Position numbers and translations under genes: made by a program. Under the pieces are notes generated by a model, which was not told the DNA's origin, searched no databases, and saw nothing but the letters and a program-made list of their open reading frames with translations. This document shows positions 1 through 13,629 of a stretch of DNA of 64,000 nt, piece after piece. The stretch is from Chrysomallon squamiferum (taxonomy: Eukaryota; Animalia; Mollusca). Every line of letters starts with the position of its first letter. Positions within the stretch are counted from its first letter, which is position 1. The stretch spans positions 11,284,001 to 11,348,000 of the forward strand of contig CM022669.1 of assembly GCA_012295275.1 (NCBI GenBank), given 5' to 3'.

Positions 1-614
1 ATCTGTTCAGTTATTTTCAATATTATCAGAAATCATATTAATAGCTTTAATGAGGTGTATAATATTTCTAAAAAAAAAAAAAAAATTAAAACATACTTCT
101 TGACATTCTGATAAAATCTTAGATGTTTTTGGTCAATGAAACAGAAAGTCTGGAATGACTTGCTACATCAGAAATGAAAAGTTAAAAAACAGTGACTTGT
201 TTATCTGTTACATTTATTACTGTCAGAACATCCTGGAATCTAGGCCAGCAATTGCTTGCTTGTCAGATAGATACAAATCCATGAATGAACGTGATGAATG
301 ATATCATGTAATTTGGTTTCCTGTAGGTTTTTTTTCTTCTTCCTAAGCTCATACAGATGATCTTGGACAGTGAGTTGGTCAAATTCCAACTTCCTGCTGC
401 CCAGAATTCTTCATTCTGACATTTCCATCGATATACGGAGATTCTGACATATTGATGCATTCCAAGACTCTGATCCATTTTCAGTCATAAACTTCATCAA
501 ACCTGAATTGGAAAAACTGCAGTACTGAAAGTATCAGTTTTTGTTTTAAATATGTCATGTCAGTGTTTAGATTATTCTTTTATTAAGAAAATTGTATTTA
601 TTTTGTTAAGTTTT

Positions 615-857
<243 letters not shown>

Positions 858-958
858 CAGAGTTCCCATTTACTATGCATGCATACAGAGAGAGCAAGAT
901 AAAGCAAGAGAAAAAGAAAGAAAAATTGATTTTATTTAATAAAGTGTCAAACAGTTAA

Positions 959-1128
959 AAATTAGTGAATATAACTGAAAGAAAGAAAAGAATGTTTTCA
1001 AATTAGTGAATATAACTGAAAGAAAGAAAAGAATGTTTTCAAATTAGTGAATATAACTGAAAGAAAGAAAAGAATGTTTTCAAATTAGTGAATATAACTG
1101 AAAGAAAGAAAAGAATGTTTTCAAATTA
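959..1128. repeat. 41-bp minisatellite, 4 identical copies
   Basis: aaattagtgaatataactgaaagaaagaaaagaatgttttc; attagtg recurs at 961, 1002, 1043 and 1084. Confidence 0.97.
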
Positions 1129-1351
1129 AGACTCTCTTCCCTCTATCTGGGAGACTTCATGTCTTTTCTTACTTAGGCAGCTGTATATTTGTAGATATAT
1201 TTAGTATTCAGATAGTATATTTTAAAACTCCAAAAACTAGCAAATATTTTCTATATAATAATTAATAACAATGTTTATTTTTTTATTTTTTTGAAAAAAT
1301 TACGAAAATTTCAAAATCTTTACAAGACTTCATTGAAGGATTTTCATTTTA

Positions 1352-1382
<31 letters not shown>

Positions 1383-1784
1383 AACCTGATAGAATTGAAT
1401 TTTTACTTTGCACAGTCAGTCAGCTCAGAAAGAGTTTAATTTTCCCTTTCTTGAGCTGGTCTTTAAGTCAAATCTCTTGTATACATCGGCACACATTTAC
1501 TTGAACACCGGACATCAATACACGGATCTCGCACAACACACATCCTTTGATTGCCCTCCGTTACTTTATCTCATTCCAATTTCACCGTCCCGTCAATAAC
1601 CATTTGCAATTTGTCTCTTTTTCACACACAGACAATGTCCACCGTCTTTAACGAAGGGAAAATGCGAATCTGTTCCTTAATTGTTATGGACAAGCAGTTT
1701 AGAATTTATAAATGGCCAAGTCTGGACAATGATGAGGCTTCCCTGTGTTCTTTTTAATGACTTTTGTTTTGTTTAACTGTCTAA

Positions 1785-1960
1785 TGGGTCGTGGGATCAG
1801 TTCTCTTGGGCATGCACACAGAGTTATTTTTCCATTCCAGACAGTCTTCCATGAATCATTCATCAAATGCTATAGTATATGTGTGTGTGTGTGTGTGTGT
1901 TTCTGTTTATGAGAAGGTACTCATAAAATATTCCTTTCTGCTAACTTGAAAAAGAATTAG
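1785..1960 (+). mobile_element. Decayed tRNA-derived SINE-like copy
   Basis: B-box-like ggtcgtgggatc. Shares ctgtttatgagaaggta (1903-1919) and ctttctgctaact (1934-1946) with the copy at 48656-48699. Confidence 0.5.
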
Positions 1961-2055
1961 CTCTTACAACATTTTCAAAGTATTACTGTTGTCATTGTCT
2001 GGTATGAACCTTAACTATAAAATCTTGTATGAAACATATAATTATGTTTGATTTA

Positions 2056-2058
2056 AAA

Positions 2059-2089
<31 letters not shown>

Positions 2090-2173
2090 GCAAGTAAGTA
2101 AGTAAGTAAGTAAATAAATAAGTATGTGTATATACACATGCACACATATAGGCTTATATGTATACATATATAC

Positions 2174-2230
<57 letters not shown>

Positions 2231-2336
2231 CAATTACATACATACATATATAGATAGATAGATAGATAGACAGGTAGGTATATAGAAAGATAGATAGACA
2301 AATAGATAAACAGACACACACACACACATATATATA
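2056..2336. repeat. Compound (AAAT)n/(AAGT)n/(TA)n/(AGAT)n/(CA)n microsatellite
   Basis: Read directly. Confidence 0.9.
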
Positions 2337-4759
2337 GTGCTTTGTTCAATAAAATGTTTCTTCCTTTCAACTGAGTTAAATTCCTAAAAACATTTTTTTA
2401 ACATATAATTGTCACTTATAGTTGGACACTATTTAAATAGCATTTACTTTCTATCAATATTTAATTTGTGAAAAAAAGAGAAAAAAAAAGGTTTAACCAG
2501 TAATGATTTATACAATACTTAATCTTCTGTTCACTGACATTTGTTTTAGCCATTTAATTCTTACAAGTCAAATTTATATATGTGTCTTATAGATGGAAAT
2601 TGTCTTTGAAATAACGAATTCCTGAAAAGAGTTAGCGTTTCTAGAAGTAACAGACTTAAAAGAATCAGTCATGTTTACACTGACATTTAATTCTTCCAGA
2701 AAAGTGGTTAGCTCCTCAAACAGTGTAAAATAGTTAACTATCTGTGACATTTTGTTTTGTGAGGTTTATATAAATTAGCTAGATGACCTTTAGACTAAAG
2801 ACATTTTGATATTTTTAAGTTTTTGAAATTTGTGAACTCTTTGGCTCCTCCCACTTAAACAATATGTAACCAATTTGAGTATCACAGATACCTTTGTTTG
2901 AAGTATTATATAGGTAAATCAAAAATGATTAATTGATTAAGTTACTAGTCATAACTGTTTCGTGTAAGTGAATTAATTTTTTTTTTTTATCAAATTGATA
3001 ACATTACTGATCACAATCTTTGCAAATAACTAAAGTGATTTACAAAATAATTAAATTCATAACATAATTCATCATAATATATTGATATGTAATCATTTTC
3101 TGATAAAAGATTTTTTTTTTTAAAGTGGTCGCTGGCATAATTAAACTGTCTGACCTGTGTCTATAAATAGATATTTAAATCAGTATTTGAAGTCTGTCTA
3201 CCTCTGAGAAATAATAATGCAGCCTGTTTTGTCCATCAACATTATAAGAACAGAGTGATTGTATTATTATTGATGGTTATTGAATTTACATGGGTTTTTT
3301 AAATAATAACCTTCCAAGAAAAAGTACCTAGATTTTTTTTTTCCATTATGTAAAATGGATTTTAATCATAAACCATCCCACAGACAGGATGAGCAAATTA
3401 CAGAACACTGGCTGGAACAGGAAATTACCTTCTGTCAAGTTCTAAAATGTGTCACAGTTTTCTGCTTTTTAAACTCGAAATATAACAACAGCTTCATACA
3501 GACAGATATGTTGTTATGTCAACAGATGTATAGTGTGTTTATTTGTTTGGGTGTTTAATGTATGTTTAGTGTACATTAGTTCTAAGATAATTTCCAAAAA
3601 TTTTGATTAAAGTGTAGAAATCCTAAAATAATATTTGCTTATTAAAACAAGTGTTTTCAAAAAGTGCAAAAATCATAGAATAAAGAACAAAAAATCTGAG
3701 AATAACGTGCAGAATCTTGAAATAACATGGAGAAACTCTGAAAATAACAGTCAAAATCTTACAGCAAGGTTACAGCAAATTACAAAAATGATTGTAATAA
3801 CTAACAGCTTTGGCCTGAGTGCTCCAGGTTAACGACTCTTTAAACTTCTCACTCCATTCCGTGCAGTTGAAAAGCAAATTTGAGAAATCAGAAAGGATTT
3901 GTTTGAAACATCGCTGCTGCATCTGCTGGGACTGGGCAACAGAGGACATGTGTCTGGGATTTTATCAATAAACCTCTTTCCTCAAATTGGCCTTTTCTCC
4001 ATCAGCCCCTCGTGGATGTGTTTGCATGAAGAGCTCAGCCAGACAGTGGTTCAATGGCAGTAACTCAATTATGACAAGACTGACAGCGGAATCCACCTGG
4101 GCCTTCTTCCACCTTGTTTAAACAAAACAGACTGGACTGGTGGTAATCACCAGGAAACACACACAAACACACACACACACACATGCGTCCACGATGAATT
4201 CTCCGGCAGAGAGGCAGATTGGAAATATTGTCTTCCCAAAAACCAGTGAATCTTAATCCATCATTTAAACTTAGTGGTTTAATCACTTAATGCTGGATAA
4301 GTAGATTGTTTTGTGTGTGTGCTTCTTTGCTTTATCCATCAGACGTCGAATGTGATCATATTTTTTTCATGGTGGTTGGAGATTGTACTGAAAATTGATA
4401 TTAATGTGCTTTTTAAAAAAAAAAATTTTTACATCAGTGCTCAAGTATGCTTGTTATGGGCACAGTGTTGTTGTTGTATTTTTTATATATATAAGACAAA
4501 ACTATGATTGTTTTTGGGGTTTGTTTTTGAATGAGCTGGAAATAGTTATTAAGGGAGTATTATCTATTGTAGTTCACCAAACGTTTTATTCGTTATTATT
4601 ATTTTATTTTATTTTGTTTTGAATTTGGTAGGATTGTTGTCGAGGTTGGCTGATTGAATTATAAACTGTTTTTAATATATTTTGTTTATCTATGTTAGAA
4701 TGCCTGATATATATAAAAATAGATTTAAAACGTGCATACATATGTGTGTTTTGTGTGTG

Positions 4760-4795
<36 letters not shown>

Positions 4796-5854
4796 AGCAT
4801 ATGTACATATTTGCATGTGTGTGTGTGTGAATGTGTATATGTGTGTGCATATGCCTGCATATTGTGTTTATGTGGTATGCATATGTGTTTTAAACTTTTG
4901 TTACAGGTCTGTCATATGAAGGAAAACTAACCACATAGAATAAAAAAAAATAAAAAAATAGAATAATGAAACAAGAACATCTTATCTCACATCACAAAGC
5001 AAACAAATGAAAGTTTAATTGGCACCTCCCCCCAAAAAAAAATACTTAATTGAATAGAAACAAAAAAAGAAATAAAAAAAAACAAGAAATAATTAACGAC
5101 AGTTTAATGACACTGTGAAAGAAGAAGTTTATACATCATTAAATAATTCATCATACTCATCATTAATTTGTTCCTTGGCTGCTGATCAAACATTCACTCT
5201 TCCTTTGATAATATTATTTTTATAAACACCATTAGCACGTTTTACAAATACGTCTATTAAAAAAAAAAAAAAAAAATAGTAGACATGTTCTTACAAATGA
5301 AAACAAAGGCTGTGGCAGTTTTGAAATAAAGATGACAGACCTGTTATTAATTTAACATTGTTTGTGAAGGTTAATTGTCCCTGTGTAATTGCTTTTGACA
5401 GATTTGATTTAATTATGTTTATCTTGTTACTCCATTTAACTTTCAGGTTGTTGGCTGACATGGGCAAGTAACTCTGTTGTAATGTGTGTTATTTTAGATT
5501 GCATGTTTATTGGTTGGGTTTTTTGTGTAGTTTTTTTAACTGTCTTTGAATCTTTAATGAAAGAAAGAATCTTTAATGAAAGAAAGAGTTTTAGATGGAG
5601 CTGGTAAAAAAAGTTAATAAAGTTATGCAAGATAATTTTTTTTTTTTAATTTTCTTTACTTTTTTTTATATATTACTATTATGATAATTTGATTATTGTT
5701 GTTGTTGTTATTATATATATGACTCTGAACTAGATAACAAAGAAAATACGCTGATCAGAAATGATAAAACCATCATCTTCATTCCCTCTCAGCTCATCTG
5801 AATAGTCAAGGAATGATAAAAATGAACATTTCTAATACGACAGTCAAAGAGCAC

Positions 5855-6180
5855 CACTTAGAACTGGAAAATGAAACATAACTTATTATTTAAGATTAAT
5901 TTAACAATAAAGAGACATAGGTTAGAAATAGTAAATTTAACATGGAAAACAAAGTCCACTGAATAGAAAATTCAGTATAATTATCAAAAGTGAGGTGAAT
6001 AATCAAGGAGCATAGGTTAGAACTGACAAAACAAAGTATAATTTATTATCTAAACTCAGTTTAACAATAATGAAACGTAGATGAGAAAACCATGTAAAAC
6101 AATGTCCAATGAAAAGAAAATTTAACAAAATTATCAAAAGTTGGGTGAATAGTCAAGGAGCGTAAGTTGGAATTGGTAAA
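5855..6180. repeat. Degenerate tandem duplication, about 150-160-bp unit
   Basis: tagaactg at about 5858 and 6018; aattatcaaaagt...gtgaata(a/g)tcaaggagc at about 5980 and 6130. Confidence 0.7.
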
Positions 6181-7119
6181 ACTTTCCAAGGTCAGACTAA
6201 CATTAATCAGTCAAACACTGGAAACTTGCTCTGTGCTGTTTGTAGCAAATCTAACAGTGCTGTGATTAGAAAAGCTGTATTGTAAACACAGCGCAATGGA
6301 GAAGGTGACAGCAGAAATCACTGGAGATCCATGAATAGCTGATTAGTTGGTTTGATAGAGTACAACAGTACAGATTTAAAAATAATAGTAATAAGTATTT
6401 TCTGTAATCAGGAAAGAAATGATAAATTATTTTAAAATAAAAATAATTTACAAATAGAAAAGAGAGAGTTTATAATCAAAAATAATAAATAAATTAATAA
6501 AAATAATTTTTGAAAATTTAATAATAGTAGATATTAAATAATAATAATATAATAATAATAAGTATTATAATAATAATATAATAATAATAATAATAATAAA
6601 TATTAATAACTAGTTTGTTACATTTATTTTTTTACCAACTATAATTCATATTTTTTAATATAAGAAATTTATTAAAAGGTAAGAAAACTACCAAAACCTT
6701 ATTTTTATAATTAATTTTTTAAATTATTAAAATTGTACAAAAATAATTTTGAAATATAATAAAAATATTAATATTTAAAAGGTAATCGCTTATACAGTTT
6801 TAAAAAAAAATGGAATTTTAAATACAACAAAGAAAAAAATATAATAAAGTTTAAATAAAAAACCATCTTTTTAAAATAAAATCAGTCATCTTAATTTCGG
6901 AAAATGGTTATTGCTTTAGGGAAATATTTTAAGGTGATGAAATTTTAAACAAATTTATTTACTGATTAATTCTTTTTTCTCTTATGTTAGAAAACATTTC
7001 TAAACTAATGCATCATTAATGCTTTATAATAATTACGTGTGTTTTTTTTTATTTCATTTAGTTTTTTTAAACTTTATTTTCTTCTTCTCCTTCTTCTTCT
7101 TGTTGTTGTTGTATTTATT

Positions 7120-7304
7120 TTCTATTATTAATATTAATATTATCCATCTTATTATTATTATTTATTATTATTATTATTATTATTATCATTATTATCACTC
7201 TTATTATTATTATCATTGTTATTTTATTATGATTATTATTATTATTGTTATTATTATTATTATTATTATTGTTATTATTGTTATTATTATTATTATTATT
7301 GTTA

Positions 7305-7365
<61 letters not shown>

Positions 7366-7410
7366 GATTATTATTATTGTTATTGTTATTATTGTTATTA
7401 TTATTATCCA
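7120..7410. repeat. (ATT)n/(GTT)n trinucleotide tract
   Basis: Read directly; source of poly-I and poly-Y ORFs. Confidence 0.93.
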
Positions 7411-9239
7411 GTTTTGTTTCTTTTCACTGATATGACACCAGAGGCAGAAAAGAGAGATTAATTACAAATTTTTTCTCTGCCATGTATTGAATTTCTAAAA
7501 TAATCTTATGAGTAGAATTATTTTAGTTTATTATCTTCTTAAAGCAGCTCTAAATTAAATGTCTCCAGGAAACACATGCATTTTTCACAGATTAAATTTC
7601 CTGAAGTTTTTAGTATTTGAGAAATAAAAACAGTAATACTGAGGATTATGTTTTTCAATAAATAAAGAAAAATGAAATAATTTTAATACTGTATTAAATA
7701 AAGGCCAATTTTCTTTGATCTTGCAAAACGGGATAGAAAAAACCTCTATTCAGGATGAGCCAAACATATCACACTAATAAAAATTATTAATAGATTTCAA
7801 TGCTGGAAAATATTCATAAAAAAAACCATATATTTTATTACTGCATATATATATTTTCGTAAAAATAGAGGAGATGAAAACTTTGAATAAGAAAAATGTG
7901 CAAGCAGTATAATATACTATTATGTACAGTTTTTGCAATAATAATTAAAACTCTAAAATCTGTTTATTGTTTGTTTGCAATGTTTTATCTTCCCACAGTC
8001 ACAAAATCTTAACATTTCAGATTATTTACAAAGGCAACTTTTTGGTAAAGATGTCAATTATATTGATTTCTTATGTTATTTGCCACCATATTTCTGTGAG
8101 CTGGACATTAAATTAGAAAATAAGACAGACTCCCATGAATATTTCTCAGTTATAAAAATAACTAATCTTTGTTATAGTATTAAGATGTTTGGTATCTGGT
8201 TACTCAGTCTTATGTGAATATTTGACTTTCCTAGTCAAAAATATTTGTAACTAGTTATTATTTTTTTTATTATCATTATGATGATTATTATTATTATTGT
8301 TGTTCTTTTGTTGTTGTTGTTATTATTAATATTATGTTATTATTTTGTTGTTGTTGTTGTTATTACAATATTATTTGTTGTTTGGTAATTATCAGGAATA
8401 CTCAGTCTTACGTAACTTTTTCCAATTTTAAAATATTTCAAACTAGTTATTATATTTTTTATCATGATGATGATGATGCTTATTATTATTGTTGTTGTTG
8501 TTATCATTATTACAATATTATTATTATTACTATTATTATGTTCTTGTTATCATCGTCATATTGAAATCATTAACTATAACGTCTATAATTTTCATTCATT
8601 ATTATTCACATTTACATAATAAAATAAAACATCAAAGTAAAAACAGACACAATATGAGTAAACATCACTTTAATATGTACAAGTTGAAACTGTTTACAAT
8701 TGGATGATGCTAAAACAGCAGATTTGCTGCTTCATATTGTATTATATATATAAATAAATACCAGTTAAAAAATACAAAAATTATTTATACCTTAAATATT
8801 GGACATGAAAACAAGTAGGTCATTTTTTTTTTTTTTTTTTTTAAACTGTTAGTTTTGTAAAGTTTATAGTAAATCTTTGAATATATTTCAGGAATTGAAT
8901 TTATTTTAAATGATTTTATCTTTCTGTTTTTCTCATTTTAAATTGTGATCTTTCAAGGGTTATAATAATGATAGGTATCATGAATAATTGTCAAACTTTT
9001 TTGTTAGCAAATATTGGTGTTAAAATGTTGTTTCTTTTTTTTTTTATAAATTCTCACTGAATTCATACTGTTGTCATACCATAACAAGTGGTTTTGATAT
9101 ATACAATAAAAGATTTACTCATCTGAATTTCAATTTAATACAGTTTAAATTGAGTTATAATGATAAAAAATTACACATAATAGCAATAACAACAATAATA
9201 GTGGTGATAATAATAATAATAATTATTATTATTATTACT

Positions 9240-9301
<62 letters not shown>

Positions 9302-10449
9302 GTTATTATTATTATTATTAAAATTCAATATTATTTTAAAATAAATTAGTATCATTTTGAAAATCTGTTACCAATAAAGAAACAACCACTTAGTGAAAAA
9401 CTCTCTTCATATTCAAAGATTTACTAAAACATTAAAATCTAATGATGTAAGTTTAGATATTCTCTTTTAATAATTATGTGTAAATGATGAAAGTGTGCGT
9501 ATCTATGATTTTATTAACAAAAATTTGATGTTCGCATAATTAATAACCAATATTATGTTTCATTATACACTGTTGGATAGGGGCAATATGAAGATATATA
9601 TATATATATATATTTGAAATGCTAAAAAGATAAGAATAGTTATTTATAATAGACATATCTTTAATTTATTACAAATATTTCACTAGAACTCTTTTGCCAG
9701 TATTTTATATAAATTAAAATTTCAGCAATCAAACGATTTTTAGTATAGGCAAATATTCTGAAGAAATACTAATGCATAGGAATAAAACTGGTAGAGGGCT
9801 GTATTATTTTTGAAGGATATCTTACAGAAAGGATTTGCTTGATGATGTAAATGGACTATAAAGAACTAAACAAGAGATTTCATACAGAATGGACTTAAAG
9901 GGGGATAACTATTTTAAAGAAATATATAAAATATATCTTAGAGAATGAATTTGGGGTTCATAATAAAGGTCTTATATAGAACCTATTAAAAGATAAATAT
10001 AACAGATTTTGGAGAGGGGTAAATGTATTATAAAGAACTTCAATTTTTTCTTAAAACTTAAAAGTTATTTTTTATAGTCTATAGTTATATTGGTATTAAA
10101 GCTTAATTATGTAAACATATTAATAATATACACAAGAAGGTACAAATAGTTACATACTCTTTCTAAAATTATGTATACAAAAAGCTTTATTTTATTTTTC
10201 AAATGAAGATGAAAATTATATATGAAGACAGCCATGAAAATTGTGTTCCCATGGTAACAGATATAAAAATAGACTTTCAAAAACATTAATTTTTAAAAAA
10301 ATTTTATAAAGAATTAAATTTAAAATAGAAAAAAAATCATTTGAAGTAAATAAATGCATATTTCAGAAATTTTTATTAATTTTTCAAACTGTTGTAATTG
10401 TTCTTTAGAATAATTTGCAAAACAATAATATAAATAAATAAATCAACAA

Positions 10450-10486
<37 letters not shown>

Positions 10487-10876
10487 TATTAAAAAATATC
10501 AAAAACCAGCAATAAAATACATTTCCACATAACATTTAATTCAGACAGGTTACCATTATTATACTAACTTTATTCTTTATATTGATACTTCTGAACTTTC
10601 ATTTTAAACAAACAGAATATTTTCAAAAAATTATTTTAGTTTTGCTTTTATTGCTATGGGAACAATGACTGATGATGATGGATTCTGAAGAGAAACAACA
10701 AAAAACTGAAGTTAACCTATAAAACACTGTCTCCTGAGTTGTTAATCGTCATGACAACACATGTAGTATATATATATATTCATATATAAATATTGCACAT
10801 ATAAAATTGCAAATTAAATAACACACATATTTACCATATATAATAGTAAGTACAATGAAAGGCAGTACATCCCACC

Positions 10877-10907
<31 letters not shown>

Positions 10908-12799
10908 ACAGTTGTCACGGTAACCAACTCTGCCCACACCCTAAGGCATCATCAAACTGTACAGATATTGGCCAAGATTATATTTATCACCATTTGTTTT
11001 GTTATTTTGGTCATATCTACTACAACATTGTATGTCTGTGATTATGGCCAAAATTATGTTGTAGTCATTGCCTCAGATTTTGTGATTATAAGGCTATAAA
11101 TATATCAGTTTGCCTATATTCAACAGTCATAGCCTTTTAATTTTGTGATTTGGGTCATCAATAAAATATCGATCTTTCCTTTATCCTATAATATTGTGAT
11201 TTTGGCCACAAATATAATATCATTCTTGCCTGTTTTCAACAGCTTTTGCCTATTTTATTTGTGATTTTGGTATTTTCTTTGTATAGAAAGAATTTTCTCA
11301 GAGGAAAAGCAAACTGAAGATTTCTCAAAACAAAATAACTTTACTGGGAAAGTTTTCGAAAAAAATTCCAAACCACAAGTAATTTATAAATAGATATATA
11401 TTATTAAAAATCCAGAAAATGTGAAATTCAGTAGAATCCAAAGAAACTTTAAAAAAAAAATTTAATCATTAAATAATAATATAGTTATATTTCCCTTTTA
11501 TCAAATGAAGAAATTCTCAGTTTCAAAAATTTGAAAATTAATATTTAAATATTTAATACAAATCCACAATCCATTATTTTTAATTTTAATTTTTTAAATA
11601 TTTATTTATTATTTATAGATTTAATTATTTTATTTTATTTTATTTATTTTATTTATTTTATTTTTCTTATAAAACTTCACTAATGTAATTATGTGAAGAG
11701 ATATTCCATCAGATTAATCTGTATATGTTATAATATATAATCTGTATAAGTTACAACTATAATTAATGCTTTTATTAGAAACAAAATAATGTATTTTTTT
11801 TTTAATAACATTGTCTTGCTTAAGTTTTAGAAATGAAATGTTATAAAAATATTTTTTTTTATTGTGCAGACCATTACTGTTTGAAGGAATCTGCTCCAGG
11901 CTGAATATTTATTATTAAAAATTTCCAAGAGAATCTTGTAGAACTAATGTTGAATCCCAAAATCTCAATTTCAGATGGTTAAATCTCTACAGTTCATTTT
12001 CTGAATGGTGAATCACAATATCTCACTTTCAAAGGCTTCCTTTTGCCATGACAGTTTCTGTAATAAAACATTCACACCATGGTTTATCATGGTAGAAGTG
12101 TTCAGAACATTTTGTGCATTTTTGTAACATTGTTTCTGAATTGCTTCTGATCCACAGAGCTTAGTTCACACATTTTAAAATGTCTTAGTTCACACATTTT
12201 AAAATTTTTTTTAAAATTATTCTTCTTTTATTTTTGTAGCTTGCACAGTCTCTTGTAAAGTTTAGAAAACAAGACTATGATGTTTTTTTTTTTTTTACAT
12301 AACAATAATAACAATGACTAATGAATGATAATTCAGATTCTAAATATGGTTGTTTTGTTGTTGTTTTTTTTTTTTTTTTTTTTGTTGTTTTTTCTAAGTG
12401 GAATTTGTTATGGTAGAGATGAAAAATGAATATCATTCATATCATTTTCATGTTTCTAAAATAGATTTCAGATCTATGCAGGTTTGTAACCAGGGATGTA
12501 TGGACAAAGATGAGATTTTCTGGAAAAACAAATCTACAAAAGGTTATCCTAATCTATGAATTTGTAGAAAATATACATTTTCTATTAACAGTTTTACAAA
12601 TGTATATTACCTCACAACCCTCACAGACCCTCACAACCTCACAGTAGATTTATCTAAATCATGTGTCCATCTGTCAATCTGTCTTTCCAGAAATGTGAAT
12701 AGTTTTAAAAACATGAAGTCCCAGTTCCTTATCTTTCCTGAGTTATTTGAATCTTTGCTTTACTTTCCTCATATAGCCATTGTTTTGTTGTGTGAAGAT

Positions 12800-13030
12800 G
12801 CATTTTTTCTTCTGATTTGAAGAAATTCTCTTCTGATTTAGACAAAATTCTCTTCTGATTTAAAGAATTCCTATTCTGATTTCAAGATTTTTCTCTTCTG
12901 ATTAAAAGAATTTCTTTTCTACATAAAAGAATTTCTCTTCTTATTTGAATTATTTCTTTTCACATTTGAAGATTTTTTTTTTCTCCTCAGTCAAAGAAGT
13001 TCTCTCTCATTACAAGAATGTCTCTCTTAT
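12800..13030. repeat. Degenerate about 21-23-bp tandem repeat
   Basis: ttctcttctgatt(t/a)(g/a)aagaa variants, about 8-10 copies, just 3' of the gene. Confidence 0.75.
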
Positions 13031-13107
13031 GGCACTCATTTCTGACTGTGCCAAATGATATACAAAAATGTTCTATTTGTACAAAACGAAAAAAACAAAA
13101 AAAACAC

Positions 13108-13113
13108 TTTATT
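13108..13113 (-). promoter_or_regulatory. Candidate polyadenylation signal
   Basis: AATAAA about 160 nt after the stop, followed by GTGTTTTTTTTGTTTTTTTCGTTTTGT (GU/U-rich). AATAAA is common in such AT-rich DNA. Confidence 0.3.
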
Positions 13114-13274
13114 TACAGAATTTTAAAAATATGTACCCATTAGTGGCGCAACTCTCTTTCTCTGGCAAACAGCCTGCAAAGAACAATAACTCCGATTGCT
13201 TTGGCTTCTCTGACAAGAGTTTGCTCCCTTGAATGCACTTTCTGGCTTACTTCAAATGTCTTGATTCCATTTGG

Positions 13275-13441
13275 CTACGTGATCTGGTATGATGACACCA
13301 ACATCATACAAACAACTACAACAGCACTAGTCAATAATAGATGAAGCACCACATTGCTGTGAAATGTCTGTGAACACGACACCCCAGACCCAAATGGATG
13401 TTTATTTGATGCATCTTCATCTTTGCCATTGGGAAATGTCC
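13275..13441 (-). CDS. Terminal coding exon with hydrophobic C-terminus (GPI signal or short TM)
   Basis: Acceptor CTTTTCTTTCTCATTACAG. Phase-1 frame gives GTFPNGKDEDASNKHPFGSGVSCSQTFHSNVVLHLLLTSAVVVVCMMLVSSYQIT-TAG (stop 13277-13275). Confidence 0.82.
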
Positions 13442-13559
13442 CTGTAATGAGAAAGAAAAGCAGTATGTATTATAATGTTAATTCTAAATTTTGCTAGAAC
13501 ACATGCACAAATACACATGCAGGATCATCCAGATAGCACATGTATATATACATGCACAG

Positions 13560-13629
<70 letters not shown>

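Noticed and set aside
1408-1760. GC-richer island with short ORFs
   Set aside because: No recognisable protein in any frame and no paired splice sites; at most a non-coding element.
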